The position numbers and the translations under genes were made by a program. From an uncultured Candidatus Peribacteria bacterium (GTDB taxonomy: Bacteria > Patescibacteriota > Gracilibacteria > Absconditabacterales > Absconditicoccaceae): a stretch of 47,309 nucleotides of DNA. The stretch spans positions 39,185 to 86,493 of the forward strand of contig CAZPFR010000001.1 in the NCBI GenBank assembly GCA_964586005.1, in the 5' to 3' direction. Numbering within the stretch: position 1 is the first letter of the stretch; the number at the start of each line of letters is the position of its first letter. The notes under the pieces were generated by a model that saw nothing but the letters and a program-made list of their open reading frames with translations, did not search any database and had not been told where the DNA came from. This document shows positions 31,454 to 42,753 of this stretch, piece after piece.

Positions 31454-33670
31454 TTATTTTGTGTTTTCTGATGTAAATTTTTGGTATATTATGAATTCTT
31501 CTGGGCTTATTTCTTTTATTGTTTTTAGAGGATCTGATACAAAATTATCAATTTTTATTTTGTTTTCATCGTTTAATGTCAGACTTAAATTCTTTATAAG
31601 AAGGGGTATATTGTTTGAATCTATTTTTTTAAAATAAATTGGTTCTATTTTATGGTCTTCTATATTATAATATCCAATAAAGGAAATTCATTGTATAATA
31701 AAATCAATTAGTACTTTATTGTTTTTTTCTACGATATCTGATACAGTGATTCAAAGAAACTGTTTAACTCTTTCTATAATAATAATACTATTTATAGATC
31801 ATTCTGAATTATTTGATGTTTCTGGAACGTAGGTTAATAGTCATTGAATGATGCTTTTTATAAAGAGAGCAAATTTTTCTTTACTTTGATCAGTGTTTGA
31901 TGTTTGTATTATATTATTTATTATTTTTCTTGCCTCTTCATCTGATACATCTATCTTATTTAAAATAAAATTGTTGTGTAAAAAAGTGATTGTTATAATA
32001 TTATTTTTCCAAAGAACGTCGATATCTATGTTTGTTTTATTACAAGTTTTTAACTCTTGTCTTGGTAAAAGAATTTTAATTGTGGTACATAACTTATTTA
32101 TTTCTTCTTCTTGTATTTCTTGTCCTACTTCTCAGAATAATGTTTTATTTTGTTCTATATATTTTTGTAAATCACTAAAAGATCGTTTCTGAGATGTACA
32201 CAATTTATTTATTGATTCAGTTATTTCAGTAAATCAAATTAATACTATATTTTTTACATATAATGTATTTTTTTCTTCTTCTAAAGTTATTTCTAAAGGA
32301 ATTTTTGTTTCTAGATTCCAATCTCATTCTATTTTTATTGTGTTTCATGAAATTATTTTTTTATTTATGCTTATTATGTTGATTTGTTGGAGTAAATTCT
32401 CAATCAAATTGATTTGATTTTCGTTATTTTGTTCTGTATTGTTTTCTCCTGTGTTAGTAATAATAAAATCATTTTGTAAAATATTTTTGTTTATTTGATC
32501 TTTTAATCAATTATATCCTATTAATTTGTTTCAATTATTTATGTTTATGATTTGCTTTTCTATTTCATTGAGTTCAAATTTATTAGTTATGTTTTTGATT
32601 ATTTCTGTCTTTTGTAGGTTTTCTTTGATATAATAATTATTAAAATAATATATTACTTCCTTATAAAAATTTCAGATTTGATTTCTTTTTAATATTTCTT
32701 GTATAAAACTAAAATATCAGTTTAAACTATCTATATTTAATCTATTATTTTTTATATCTTCGTATATTATTTGTTGAAATGATATTAATTTATAGATATT
32801 TATTTTTTCATTTTTATATATTTTATTACTTATAAATTTGTTGTATAGCTCATTTTGTACATCAATAAAATTTGTAAAAGTAATATAACTGTCTTTGTAT
32901 TCTGATCAACAATTTTCTAAAAAATTTTGAATTGTGATATTTTGACTGTTGGTGTAATATGTATAGTATAATAAATTCTGACACATTTTTTCTTTATGTT
33001 TTTTTTGTTTTATAATATTATTAAATATTGGTTCTATATTTATATTATCTTGTTCTATATTATAAATAAAAAATTCTTTTATAAATTTCTCTGTGAATAT
33101 ATCACAAATTGAATTTGTTATTTTTTTCTCGAATAGACATTGTAAATTAAATTCTTCTATAAGATTTTTATTGATTGGAAATAAGGTATTTAATTTTGTT
33201 TCCTTGGAAATTCATTTACTTCATAAAATGATATTTTTAAAAAATATTGCCATTTCTTCTTTTGTATATGTTCATTTTTGAAAATACGGTAAAGGTTGAA
33301 TAGGTGCTGTCTTCGTTATGCTAAAAAATCTTGGTACAATAAATCATTTATACGTTACTAAATTGTTGTAAGAACTAATAATTTCATTTTCTTCTTGTAT
33401 ATCATCTGTTATTATTTCTCCCGAAAAAAAATATAAGGTATTTTTTTTATTTATTTTTTTAAAAAATTCTTGTATTGTTTTTTGTTTAATTGTATCTAAG
33501 CTGTTTATGTCATATATTAAATTTGCTTGTTTATTTAATATATTGTATATTTTGAATATTACAAAAACTCCTATTATGATAAAAATCCCATAGGTAAATA
33601 GTATTTTATATATTTTTCAATACTTTTTCAGTATTTCTTGAGTCTTTTCTTGTAATTGTTGTTTGTTCAT
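31454..33670 (-). CDS. large orphan protein (738 aa) with an N-terminal TM anchor
   Basis: ATG 33670, TAA 31454-31456. Every in-phase triplet was checked: no TAA/TAG. TM ILFTYGIFIIIGVFVIFKIY. The rest is N/I/K/E-rich with no motif I recognise. Confidence 0.75.
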
Positions 33671-33809
33671 TTTTTATTATTCAAATAATAATTTTGTTCA
33701 TTATACTTTTTTCTTAGTTGTTTTTCAATCTTTAAATTATTGTTTTTTCTATAAAATATAGCAATTCTTATTTGTATTTTTGTTTTTTGTAAAAAAAATA
33801 ATAAAAGTC

Positions 33810-33837
33810 TTGCAAAAAAAGTTTTTTTCTCTATATT
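33810..33837 (+). promoter_or_regulatory. candidate promoter of the repeat lipoprotein gene
   Basis: TTGCAA (33810-33815)-N16-TATATT (33832-33837), about 43 nt upstream of ATG 33880. Confidence 0.4.
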
Positions 33838-33879
33838 GGCCGCGCTGTTAAGTTTTTTATTTTTGTAAAAATTTGTCAA

Positions 33880-34122
33880 ATGAAAAAATTATTGACATTA
33901 AGTGCTCTTGTTTTGACTGTTTTATTAGCTGGATGTGGACAAACTGAAATTTCTGAAGAAGAAGTTGCAGCTCCAGTTGTAGAAGAAGCAGTAGCTCCAG
34001 TTGTAGAAGAAGCAGTAGCTCCAGTTGCAGAAGAAGCAGTAGCTCCAGTTGCAGAAGAAGCAGTAGCTCCAGTTGCAGAAGTAGCTCCAGTTGCTGAAGA
34101 AACTCCAGTTGCACCTCAATAG
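33880..34122 (+). CDS. lipoprotein with tandem EEAVAPV(V/A) repeats
   Basis: 80 aa, intact in the standard track. MKKLLTLSALVLTVLLAGCGQ (lipobox LAGC), then about 5.5 copies of an 8-aa acidic Ala/Pro/Val repeat. TAG at 34120-34122. Confidence 0.85.
   Translation: MKKLLTLSALVLTVLLAGCGQTEISEEEVAAPVVEEAVAPVVEEAVAPVAEEAVAPVAEEAVAPVAEVAPVAEETPVAPQ
33958..34110 (+). repeat. 24-bp tandem repeats (about 6 copies) inside the lipoprotein gene
   Basis: Unit gaagaagcagtagctccagttgca, with copies starting at 33958, 33982, 34006, 34030 and 34054, plus degenerate copies from 34078. The unit is 50% GC in an otherwise very AT-rich window. Confidence 0.95.
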
Positions 34123-34161
34123 TATATTTTTGGTTGCAACTTTTAGTTAAAACTATAAAAG

Positions 34162-34186
34162 AAGTCGATTTATCGACTTTTTTTTA
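34162..34186 (+). terminator. rho-independent terminator
   Basis: AAGTCGA-TTTA-TCGACTT followed by T7. Confidence 0.7.
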
Positions 34187-34201
34187 TTTATCTTTATTAT
34201 T

Positions 34202-34933
34202 ATGAAATTACGTGAATTTTTACAACAACAATGAATATCTAGGAGAACTATTATTTCATATATAAATAATAATCAATTATTTTTGAATTGAGTTATTGTT
34301 CAATCTTATTGATTGGAAATAAAACAAGGAGATTGTATTCATACTGTTGACAAAAAATGGATATATGAAAATATGTCAATATCTGAAAAAAAACAATTTT
34401 TATGTTTTTATAAACCAGTTGGTTGTGTATGTTCTAAATTAGATAAATATAATACGACTATTTATAATTATCTTCCTGAAATATATCATAATCGATATTA
34501 TATAGGAAGATTAGATAAAGATAGTCGTTGACTTGTTTTATTAACAAATGATCCTAAAATAGTTAATGAATATGAACATCCACGTCATTGAATAACTAAA
34601 GAATATCTTGTTACATTAAATAAATCTTTTAGTAAAGAAGATGTAAAACGTTGTTTAGAAGGAATTGAAAATGAAGGAAATATATTAAAAGCTGTTGAAT
34701 GTCAGATTTTTGATGATGTATTGTACGATAAAAATAAAAAATATTTATTGAGTAATTGTGTTAAAAAACCGTCATGTGTAATAAAAATTGTTTTAAATGA
34801 ATGAAAAAAAAGACATATTAGAAGAATGATGAGCTCAATGAGATATCATGTGGAGGATTTAGTGAGAATTCGTGAAGAAAAATTTGAGTTATGAGATTTG
34901 AAAGAAGGTTCTTTTGCTTTGTATGATTTATAA
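34202..34933 (+). CDS. rsuA: rRNA pseudouridine synthase, RsuA/RluB family
   Basis: 243 aa. S4-like MKLREFLQQQG(TGA)ISRRTIISYINNNQLFLNG(TGA)V, catalytic GRLDKDSRG(TGA)LVLLTNDP, then KEYLVTL and EG(TGA)KKRHIRRM. Confidence 0.85.
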
Positions 34934-35020
34934 TTTTATTGATCAGTGATTAGTTTTGTGATCAAGGAAAAACAAAGTCAATTCTTCATCAAAGCAATGT
35001 TGTTGTTTGAATTTACTTGT

Positions 35021-35110
35021 CATTAGAATTGTATTCTTGGTTTGAACTATGATTATGTTGATTTGGTGATAATTTCATTCTTTTATTTATTCCTTTTATT
35101 GCTCGATTTT
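35021..35110. repeat. dispersed intergenic repeat, copy A
   Basis: Aligns with the reverse complement of 18093-18187. It carries the motif CTTTTATTGCTCG at 35093-35110, and a second direct copy lies at 35126-35143. Confidence 0.7.
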
Positions 35111-35223
35111 AAAAGTTATTGTTTGCTCTTTTATTGCTCGGTTTATAGTATTTCACCAATCCAGAACAAACAAAGTTGATTCATCATTATTATTGTATGT
35201 TTATTTATTTAATGATTGTTTTA

Positions 35224-36198
35224 ATGCTTATATATCTCGAACAACAAGCAAAAGAATATCCATTGACGAAAAAAATTTTGTCGAAATTTTCTAATGTGAA
35301 TGTGGTAGAAATCCAGCATTATAAAAATATCTTTGATAAAAAAATAGAGTATAATACCGAAAAATGTCTTATTTTGGCAAAAAGCGATACATTAAAAATC
35401 TTTCCTGTTCCAAAAAATTATGGGTATCAGGATGCGAGGGCTTTTTTCTTTGTTACTCAGCTTAATTGTATTTTTAATTGTAAGTATTGTTATCTTAAAG
35501 GGACTTTTAAAAATACATTTCCAGTTATCTTTGTAAATTATGAGGATATTCAATCAGAACTTAAAAATAAAATTTTAGAGATTAGAAGTACATGATATAT
35601 GGATAAATTAGTGTTTTATGCGAGTAATTATTCTGATTTATTGGGAATGGAAGTGTTGTCTGATTTTCATACGTCATTTATTCCGTTTTTTGATCAATTT
35701 GATAATATCTTGATGGAAACTCGTACAAAATCTTGAAATATTCACTCTCTATTGGATTTATCTTTTATACCTAAAAATACAGAAATTGCATTTTCTCTGA
35801 ATCCTCAATGTATTATTGATCAATATGAACTTGGTTCTTCTTCTTTACAACAAAGAATTTCTGCCATTAAACAATTGATAGAAAAATGATGGAAGGTCTG
35901 AATTAGATTTTTACCACTTTTGCCTGTTCAATGATATTTGGAAATATATGATACATTTCTAGGTGAACTTTGCCAGGAAATTAATATACAGAGTGTAAAT
36001 AGTATTTTTTTAGCGACATTGATTTATAATAAACAGGATTGGTTACTATTACAAAAAAAAGAATCAGATTTTGATTTATTGAAAAATTTAGAAATTGGTG
36101 AGGATTGATTGGTTAGGGTTTCAAAAACAGATAGAGAATTATTTGATTGATTATTTAAAAAATATTTTGGAGATAGGGTAGTTTGGGATTATGTTTAA
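35224..36198 (+). CDS. splB: radical SAM protein, spore photoproduct lyase (SplB)-like DNA repair lyase family
   Basis: 324 aa from ATG 35224; in-frame alternatives are ATG 35197 and TTG 35176. LIYLEQQAKEYPLTKKILSKF, CX3CX2C motif NCIFNCKYCYLKG. It continues through TGA after track ORF 35176-35595 to TAA 36196-36198. Confidence 0.7.
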
Positions 36199-36213
36199 TA
36201 TATAATTTATATA

Positions 36214-36819
36214 ATGGAACAGAAACGAGAAAAATTAATAAAAGTATTTTTGGATAAAAATAAACAGATAAATTTGAGTGCAATTAGGGATGAACAAGGT
36301 GTTTATGATAAGCATATTCGTGATGCTTTGGAAATAAAAAATGTTTTTGATTTGGAATCGGGTATGAACGTATGTGATGTTGGTACAGGAGGTTGATTTC
36401 CTTTGTTGCCATTAGCAATTCAATATCCAAATGTTCAATTTATTGGAATTGATTCGGTTAAAAAGAAAATTGAAGCAGTTTCAGATATTACTAAACAATT
36501 GTGATTACATAATGTTGAACTTTTTTGGAAGAGAGCAGAAGAATGTAAAGAAATGGAGATGTCTTTTGATGTTATTACTGCTAGAGCAGTTGCTTATGTT
36601 GATAAACTTTTGCCTTGGACAAAACATTTATTAAAACAAGGAGGTATTTGGATTTTGTTTAAGCAAGTTGATGAGCAAGAAAGACAAGATCTTTTGCAAC
36701 TTTGTGGGGAGATGAATTTGAAATTAGAAAAGAGATATACCTATAAACTTTTTGAAGGAGATATCGAAAGAGTAATTTATGTAGTGAGAAGGCTTTGATG
36801 AATTTGGAAAATGAGATAA
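36214..36819 (+). CDS. rsmG: 16S rRNA (guanine527-N7)-methyltransferase
   Basis: 201 aa: ...NLSAIRDEQGVYDKHIRDAL...VCDVGTGGG(TGA)FPLLPLAI...DVITARAVA. Under code 25 the ORF runs through two TGA at 36796-36801 to TAA 36817-36819. Confidence 0.88.
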
Positions 36820-36847
36820 TAAATTTATACTTATTAATTTATCATTA

Positions 36848-38377
36848 ATGGATGAAAATCAATTGTTAGTAGATCAGCCACTTTGAGAAAAATTAATTAA
36901 AAAATGATTTTGGTTATATTTTTTCTCGTTTTTGATTGCTCCGGCATCATATTTTATAAAGGTTATTATTTCTAATTCCGTATCTGTTGCTGATGTCGGA
37001 GTATTGTATAGCATTGTTAGTTTGATAATGTTTTTGAATGTTTATAATGATTTATGATTGACTGAAAGTCTTCAATATTTTTTGCCAAGATATTGGATGA
37101 AAAAACAATATAATTATATCAAAACTTCTATTTATTTGAGTTTATTTGTTCAAATTTTTACGGCTTTGCTTATAGCAATTTTTTTGTGGTTTGGTGCTCC
37201 ATGGTTAGCAGAGCATTATTTTCATAGTGATAGTGTAGTGATAATTCTTAAATATTTTTGTTTTTATTTTTTGGGAATAAATCTTTTTCAGATTTTGCAA
37301 AGTATTTTTGTAGCTTTTCAGAGTACTTTTTCATTTCAATTTGTAGAATTTGTTAGGGTCTGGAGCATTGTTTGATTTTCTGTTTTATTTTTTTTTACTG
37401 GTAGACAAAGTATTGAACGATATAGTATTAATTGGGTATTATGATTGATTATATGAATATGTGTTGCAAGTTTTCTGTTTTATAAAAATTATAGAAAAAC
37501 TTTGTTACAAGGAAATCTTGTTTTTGAAAAACCTATGCTCAAAGAATATGTTAATTATTCACTTTGGTGTTTTGTAGGACTTAATACTGCTAATATTTTC
37601 TGACAAATTATTCAACAATTAATTATTGTTATTTTAGGGCCAGAATCAGCAGGATATTATAGTAATTTTATTAGTTTGTTTAGTATATCTGCTGCTATTA
37701 TTTCGCCTATTATGACTTTGATTTTTCCTTTGATTTCAGAATTGGTAATCAAAAAGGATATCATAAAACAAAAATCTTTATACTCATTTTTTTATACCTA
37801 TTTTGGAATTTTTGCTTTTTTATTGGCAAGTTTTTTTGTCGTAACTTGACCTGAAACGGCACTAATTCTTTTTGGTTATAAATTTGTTTTTTCTGGGCAA
37901 CTTTTTTCTTGGTGAATTATTGTTAGTATATTTACAACTTTTGTTAGTTTTAATTTTGCTGTTTTAGCTGGTATGTGAAAAATCAAGGAAAGAGTTAAGA
38001 TGTTACTTATTTCTGCTTGTGTAGTTATTGTTGTTTCTTTAATATGACTAACTACAATCTGAATTTATTGATCAATTTTGGCTTTATGATTGTGATATTG
38101 ATTATTGTTTTTATTGAGTTTTTTATTTCTTTATAAACATCTTCCTTTTTCTATTGATTGGAAATTTATAATAAAAAATATTATAGTAACATCTATATTG
38201 TCAATTGGAGTATGGTTGATAAAATCAGAATTATTTATATTTGATGATATCATGAGATGATCCAATTTATTAAAGTTAATTGGTATTTGATTAATTTTCT
38301 TTTTTGTTTTTATTGGAATTAATTGGAAAAGAGCTATGTTATTGAAAGATGAATTAATAAAAATGAGATCTAATTAG
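36848..38377 (+). CDS. wzx: oligosaccharide/polysaccharide flippase (Wzx-like, MOP superfamily)
   Basis: 509 aa, all in-phase codons checked. About 12-14 hydrophobic helices throughout. It includes track ORF 37058-37375. TAG at 38375-38377. Confidence 0.7.
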
Positions 38378-38445
38378 ATTGATATTGTTAATTAAATTAT
38401 TATTGTTTTTTGAAAAATATTTAAATTCTGATCATATGTCTATTT

Positions 38446-39381
38446 ATGAAAAAAATTCTTGTAACGTGAGGTGCTTGATTTATCTGAAGTCATTTGTGTA
38501 AAAAACTTTTGGAACAAGGTCATGAAGTTATTTGTTTAGATAATCTTTTTACGTGAAATAAAAGTAATATTGAGAACTTATTAGATAATCATAGATTTAC
38601 TTTTGTTCTTCATGATGTAACTCAACCTTTTTGGGCTCAAGTAGATGAAATTTATAATCTTGCGTGTCCGGCGTCACCTATTCATTATCAAAAAAATCCT
38701 GTAGAAACAATCAAAACATCCCTTTTGTGATCAATAAATATGTTGGAATTGTCATTGAAAGTAAAAGCTAAAATTTTGCAAACCTCTACTTCTGAAGTAT
38801 ATTGAGATCCTATGGTTCATCCACAACCAGAATCTTATTGGTGAAATGTAAATATTGTATGATGTAGATCGTGTTATGATGAAGGTAAAAGAGCTGCGGA
38901 AACATTATTTATGGATTATCATAGACAATATGGTGTAGATGTGAGAATAATTAGAATATTTAATACGTATGGTCCAAATATGCATCCTGCTGATGGTCGT
39001 GTTGTAAGTAATTTTATTATGCAGGCATTGAAAAATCAAGATATAACTATATATTGAGATGGTAGTCAAACGAGATCTTTTCAGTATGTCGATGATTTGA
39101 TTGACGGTATGATAACAATGATGAATAACGAAATTTGATTTATTTGACCCGTGAATATTGGTACAGAGTATGAATTTACTATCAAAGAATTAGCTGAAAA
39201 AGTTATTGAAATTATTTCGTGATGTACGAGTAAAATTGTTTATCAACAGCTTCCTAGTGATGATCCTAAACATAGGAGGACTGATAATAATTTGGCTAAA
39301 GAGAAATTATGATGGAATCCGATTATTGGTTTGGATGAAGGATTGGAAAGAACGGTAAAATATTTTAGAAAGTTTGTTTAG
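38446..39381 (+). CDS. uxs: UDP-glucuronate decarboxylase (UDP-xylose synthase, SDR family)
   Basis: 311 aa: MKKILVTG GAG FIG SHL (three of the Rossmann glycines are TGA), [104 protein letters not shown]. Confidence 0.9.
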
Positions 39382-39405
39382 TTTTTAAATTTTATATATT
39401 TTCAT

Positions 39406-40176
39406 ATGCAAGTAGTATTGTTAGCATGATGACTTTGAACTCGTTTATCTGAAGAAACTGTTGTTAGGCCAAAGCCTATGGTTGAGATTTGATGAAAACC
39501 TATTATTTGGCATATCATGAAATGATATGCACATCAATGATTTAATGAATTTATCATCTGTTTGTGATACAAGTGATATATGATAAAAGAATGGTTTTCT
39601 AATTATTATTTACATAATAGTGATATTACTATAGAAACGAAAACTAATACATTAACGGTACATAATAATAATTGTGATGATCGAAAAGTTACTTTGATAG
39701 ATACATGAGAAAATACTATGACAGGATGAAGAATCAAAAGAGTAGAAAATTATATAAATTGAGATGTATTCATGCTTACTTATGGTGATGGTGTAAGTGA
39801 TGTTAATGTAAAAGATGTTTTTGATTTTCATTGTAATCATTGAAAATTAGCTACACTTATTTCTGTTCAACCGGAAAATAGATTTGGAAAACTTGTTATA
39901 GAATGAGATAAAATAATGGAATTTTGAGAAAAGAAAGATAATGTAGGTCAGAATATTAATTGATGATTTATGGTCCTTAATAAAAAAGTGATTAATTATA
40001 TTGATTGAGATTTTATGCCATTTGAAAAAGAACCATTAGAAAATCTTGCTAAAGATTGAGAACTTATGGCATATAAGCATAATTGATTTTGGTTTGCAAT
40101 GGATACAATAAAACATAAACAAGATCTTGAGCAATTGCGAAATTCGTGAAAAGCCCCATGGAAAAAACGATCTTAA
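39406..40176 (+). CDS. rfbF: glucose-1-phosphate cytidylyltransferase
   Basis: 256 aa: [41 protein letters not shown]...FIICLGYKGYMIKEWF...TLIDTGENTMTGGRIKRV...TYGDGVSDVN...INGGFMVL...HNGFWFAMDTIKHKQDLEQLRNSGKAPWK. Confidence 0.92.
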
Positions 40177-40195
40177 TTTAGTAATTTTTTCTTTT

Positions 40196-41152
40196 ATGAA
40201 AAATATTTTGCTAACTTGAAGTACATGATTTATTTGAAGTCATTTATTAATAGCTTTAATTGGTGAATGATTTGATGTTTTTTCTATAATTAGAAAATGA
40301 TCTGATATTTCTAGAATTACCAGATATTTATGAAATCCTAAATTACATATTATATATATAAATAAAAATGAAGATATTGAAAAACTTTTTTTGAAAAATA
40401 AAATAAATTTTATTATACATTTAGCAACAACTTACAGAAAAACACATAATAAACCAGATATAGATGAGATGATAAAAACCAATATTGCTTTTTGAACTTA
40501 TTTATGTGATCTAGCTGTTAAAAATTGAGTTAATTATTTTATAAATACGTGAACTTTTTTTGAATATGCTCATTATAAAAATAAAGACAATATTATAACA
40601 GAAAAGACAACAGAAAGAGCGTATAATTTATATGCATCAACAAAATTAGCTTTTAATAATATAGTTAAATATTATACAGAAAATTATAATTTTAAATCTA
40701 TTACTTTGAGATTGTTTTCTCCTTATTGACCTAAAGATAATGATAAAATTATACCTCTTATAATAAAGAATACTATAGATGATAGTAATATTTTACGTCT
40801 TTCTTGAGGAAAGCAAAAATTAAGTTTTACTTATATAGATGATATAATTTCTGCTTATTTATTGTCTTTAAAATATATAGTCAAAACGAATAAAAAATTT
40901 GATATTTTTAATATATGATCTTCTGAAACTTTATCATTAAAAATGGTATATAAATATATAATTGAAATAGCTAAGAAATCTGGAAAAAATATTGAATTTT
41001 GAGCATTACCATATTCTGAAAATGATATTTTTTATTCTTGATGTGATAATACAAAGGCAAGAAATAAATTATGATGGACTACTAAATATTCAATAAAAGA
41101 ATGATTGTTTTTTACTTATAAAAGTTATTTGAATGAAATTTATAAAAACTAA
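40196..41152 (+). CDS. NAD(P)-dependent SDR epimerase/reductase; candidate CDP-3,6-dideoxyhexulose 4-reductase (RfbS/AscF-like, function inferred from context)
   Basis: 318 aa: MKNILLTG(TGA)STG(TGA)FIG(TGA)SHLL, YxxxK as YASTK. It sits between rfbF and the cupin epimerase. Confidence 0.65.
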
Positions 41153-41678
41153 TTTAAATACTGTTTTTGAAGTTTTTTTTGATGTGTTTTCAGATGAAAG
41201 ATGATCTTTTATAAAAACATTTCATAATGAGGATTTTTATAAAATTTGATTAAAAGATTCTTTTAAAGAGAGTTTTTATTCTATATCAAAGAAAAATGTT
41301 ATAAGATGAATGCATTTTCAAAATCCTCCTTATGATCATGATAAATTTGTCTATCCTATACAATGAAGTGTTCTTGATGTTGTTCTTGATCTTAGAAGAA
41401 ATAGTATAACATATTGAAAATATGTTTCCGTGAATTTATCAAAAGAAAAAAATAATTGAATATTTATTCCTAGATGATTTGCTCATTGATTTTTAACACT
41501 TAGTGATGATGCAATTCTTGTTTATATGGATACAACAATTTTTAATAAAGAAAGTGACTCATGAATACATTGGAATTCTTTTTGAATGGATTGGTCTGTT
41601 GAAAATCCCATTATTTCAGAAAAAGATAGAAATTTATCTTCTTTGTTAGATTTTGATACTCCTTTTATTTTAGAATAA
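41133..41678 (+). CDS. RmlC-type cupin sugar-nucleotide 3,5-(or 5-)epimerase (RfbC/AscE-like)
   Basis: 181 aa: FSDERG(TGA)SFIKTF...IRG(TGA)MHFQNPPYDHDKFVYPIQG(TGA)SVLDVVLDLRRNSITYG(TGA)KY...IFIPRG(TGA)FAHG(TGA)F. The start overlaps the preceding gene by 20 nt. Confidence 0.8.
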
Positions 41679-41684
41679 AGAATC

Positions 41685-42728
41685 ATGCAAGAATTTTATA
41701 AATGAAAAACTATATTATTAACTTGATCAACAGGTTTTAAATGAAGTTGGTTGGCTTTATGGTTACATAGTATGTGAGCAAAGGTAATAGGATATGGATT
41801 AATACCCAATACTGAGCCCAATCTATTTACTGCATTAGAATTGAATCAGAAAATAATTCAAATAATCTGAGATATAAATGATACTGAATTATTATCAAAA
41901 ACTATTGATGAATATCAACCTGAGATGATCTTTCATCTTGCAGCACAACCATTGGTAAGAGATAGTTATGAAAATCCTATGTATACTATCAAAACTAATG
42001 CTATGTGAACAACTGTTGTTTTGGAAATGATCAGAATAAAAGAATACATAAAATGAGCGGTATTGATAACAACTGATAAAGTATATGAAAACAAAGAATG
42101 GATTTGGCCTTATAGAGAAAATGATAGATTATGATGACATGATCCCTATAGTAGTAGTAAAGCTATGGCAGAAATAGCAATAACATCGTATACAAAATCA
42201 TTTCTCCATGAATGAAATAAAAAAATAGCAGTAGTTAGAGCATGAAATGTAATAGGATGATGAGATTGGTCAAAAGATAGATTGATACCAGATATTGTAA
42301 GATCTATTATGCAATGAGAAAAGTTAATACTTAGAAATCCTAATGCAGTTAGACCTTGGCAATATGTTCTTGAGGCACTATTTTGATATCTAAATATAGG
42401 AATAAAAATATTTGAAGGTGATAAATATTTATGAGCATATAATTTTTGACCAGATATTAGTGATACACTTAAAGTCATAGATATTGTTACCAAATCTATT
42501 GAAATTTTGGGAAAATGAACATATGAGGTTAACTTAGAAATGAATAACTGAATGCATGAAGCTGGTTTGTTGCTACTTGATAATACAAAAGCTAAACTTC
42601 TTTTATGATGGAAGCCAAAATATAATGTTCAAGAAGTTCTTGAAAGAACAATTAATTTTTATAGGGCATTTTATAATCAAGAAGATATTAAAAAATTAGC
42701 ATTGAATGAGATAAATCAATTTATGTAA
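41685..42728 (+). CDS. rfbG: CDP-glucose 4,6-dehydratase
   Basis: 347 aa: KTILLTGSTGFKGSWLALWLHSMGAKVIGYGL...IFHLAAQPLVRDSYENP..TIKTNAMGT...ITTDKVYENKEWIWPYRENDRLGGHDPYSSSKAMAE...VRAGNVIGGGDWSKDRLIPD...RPWQYVLE. Confidence 0.92.
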
Positions 42729-42753
42729 TATTTTATTTTTATAAAGGTTTATT

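Noticed and set aside
33857-34119. Antisense track ORFs with LELLLLLQ and NWSYCFF repeats
   Set aside because: They are reverse-strand readings of the 24-bp repeat. The plus-strand lipoprotein has a promoter, lipobox and terminator.
42146-42493. 115-aa minus-strand ORF
   Set aside because: It is antisense within the highly conserved CDP-glucose 4,6-dehydratase gene.
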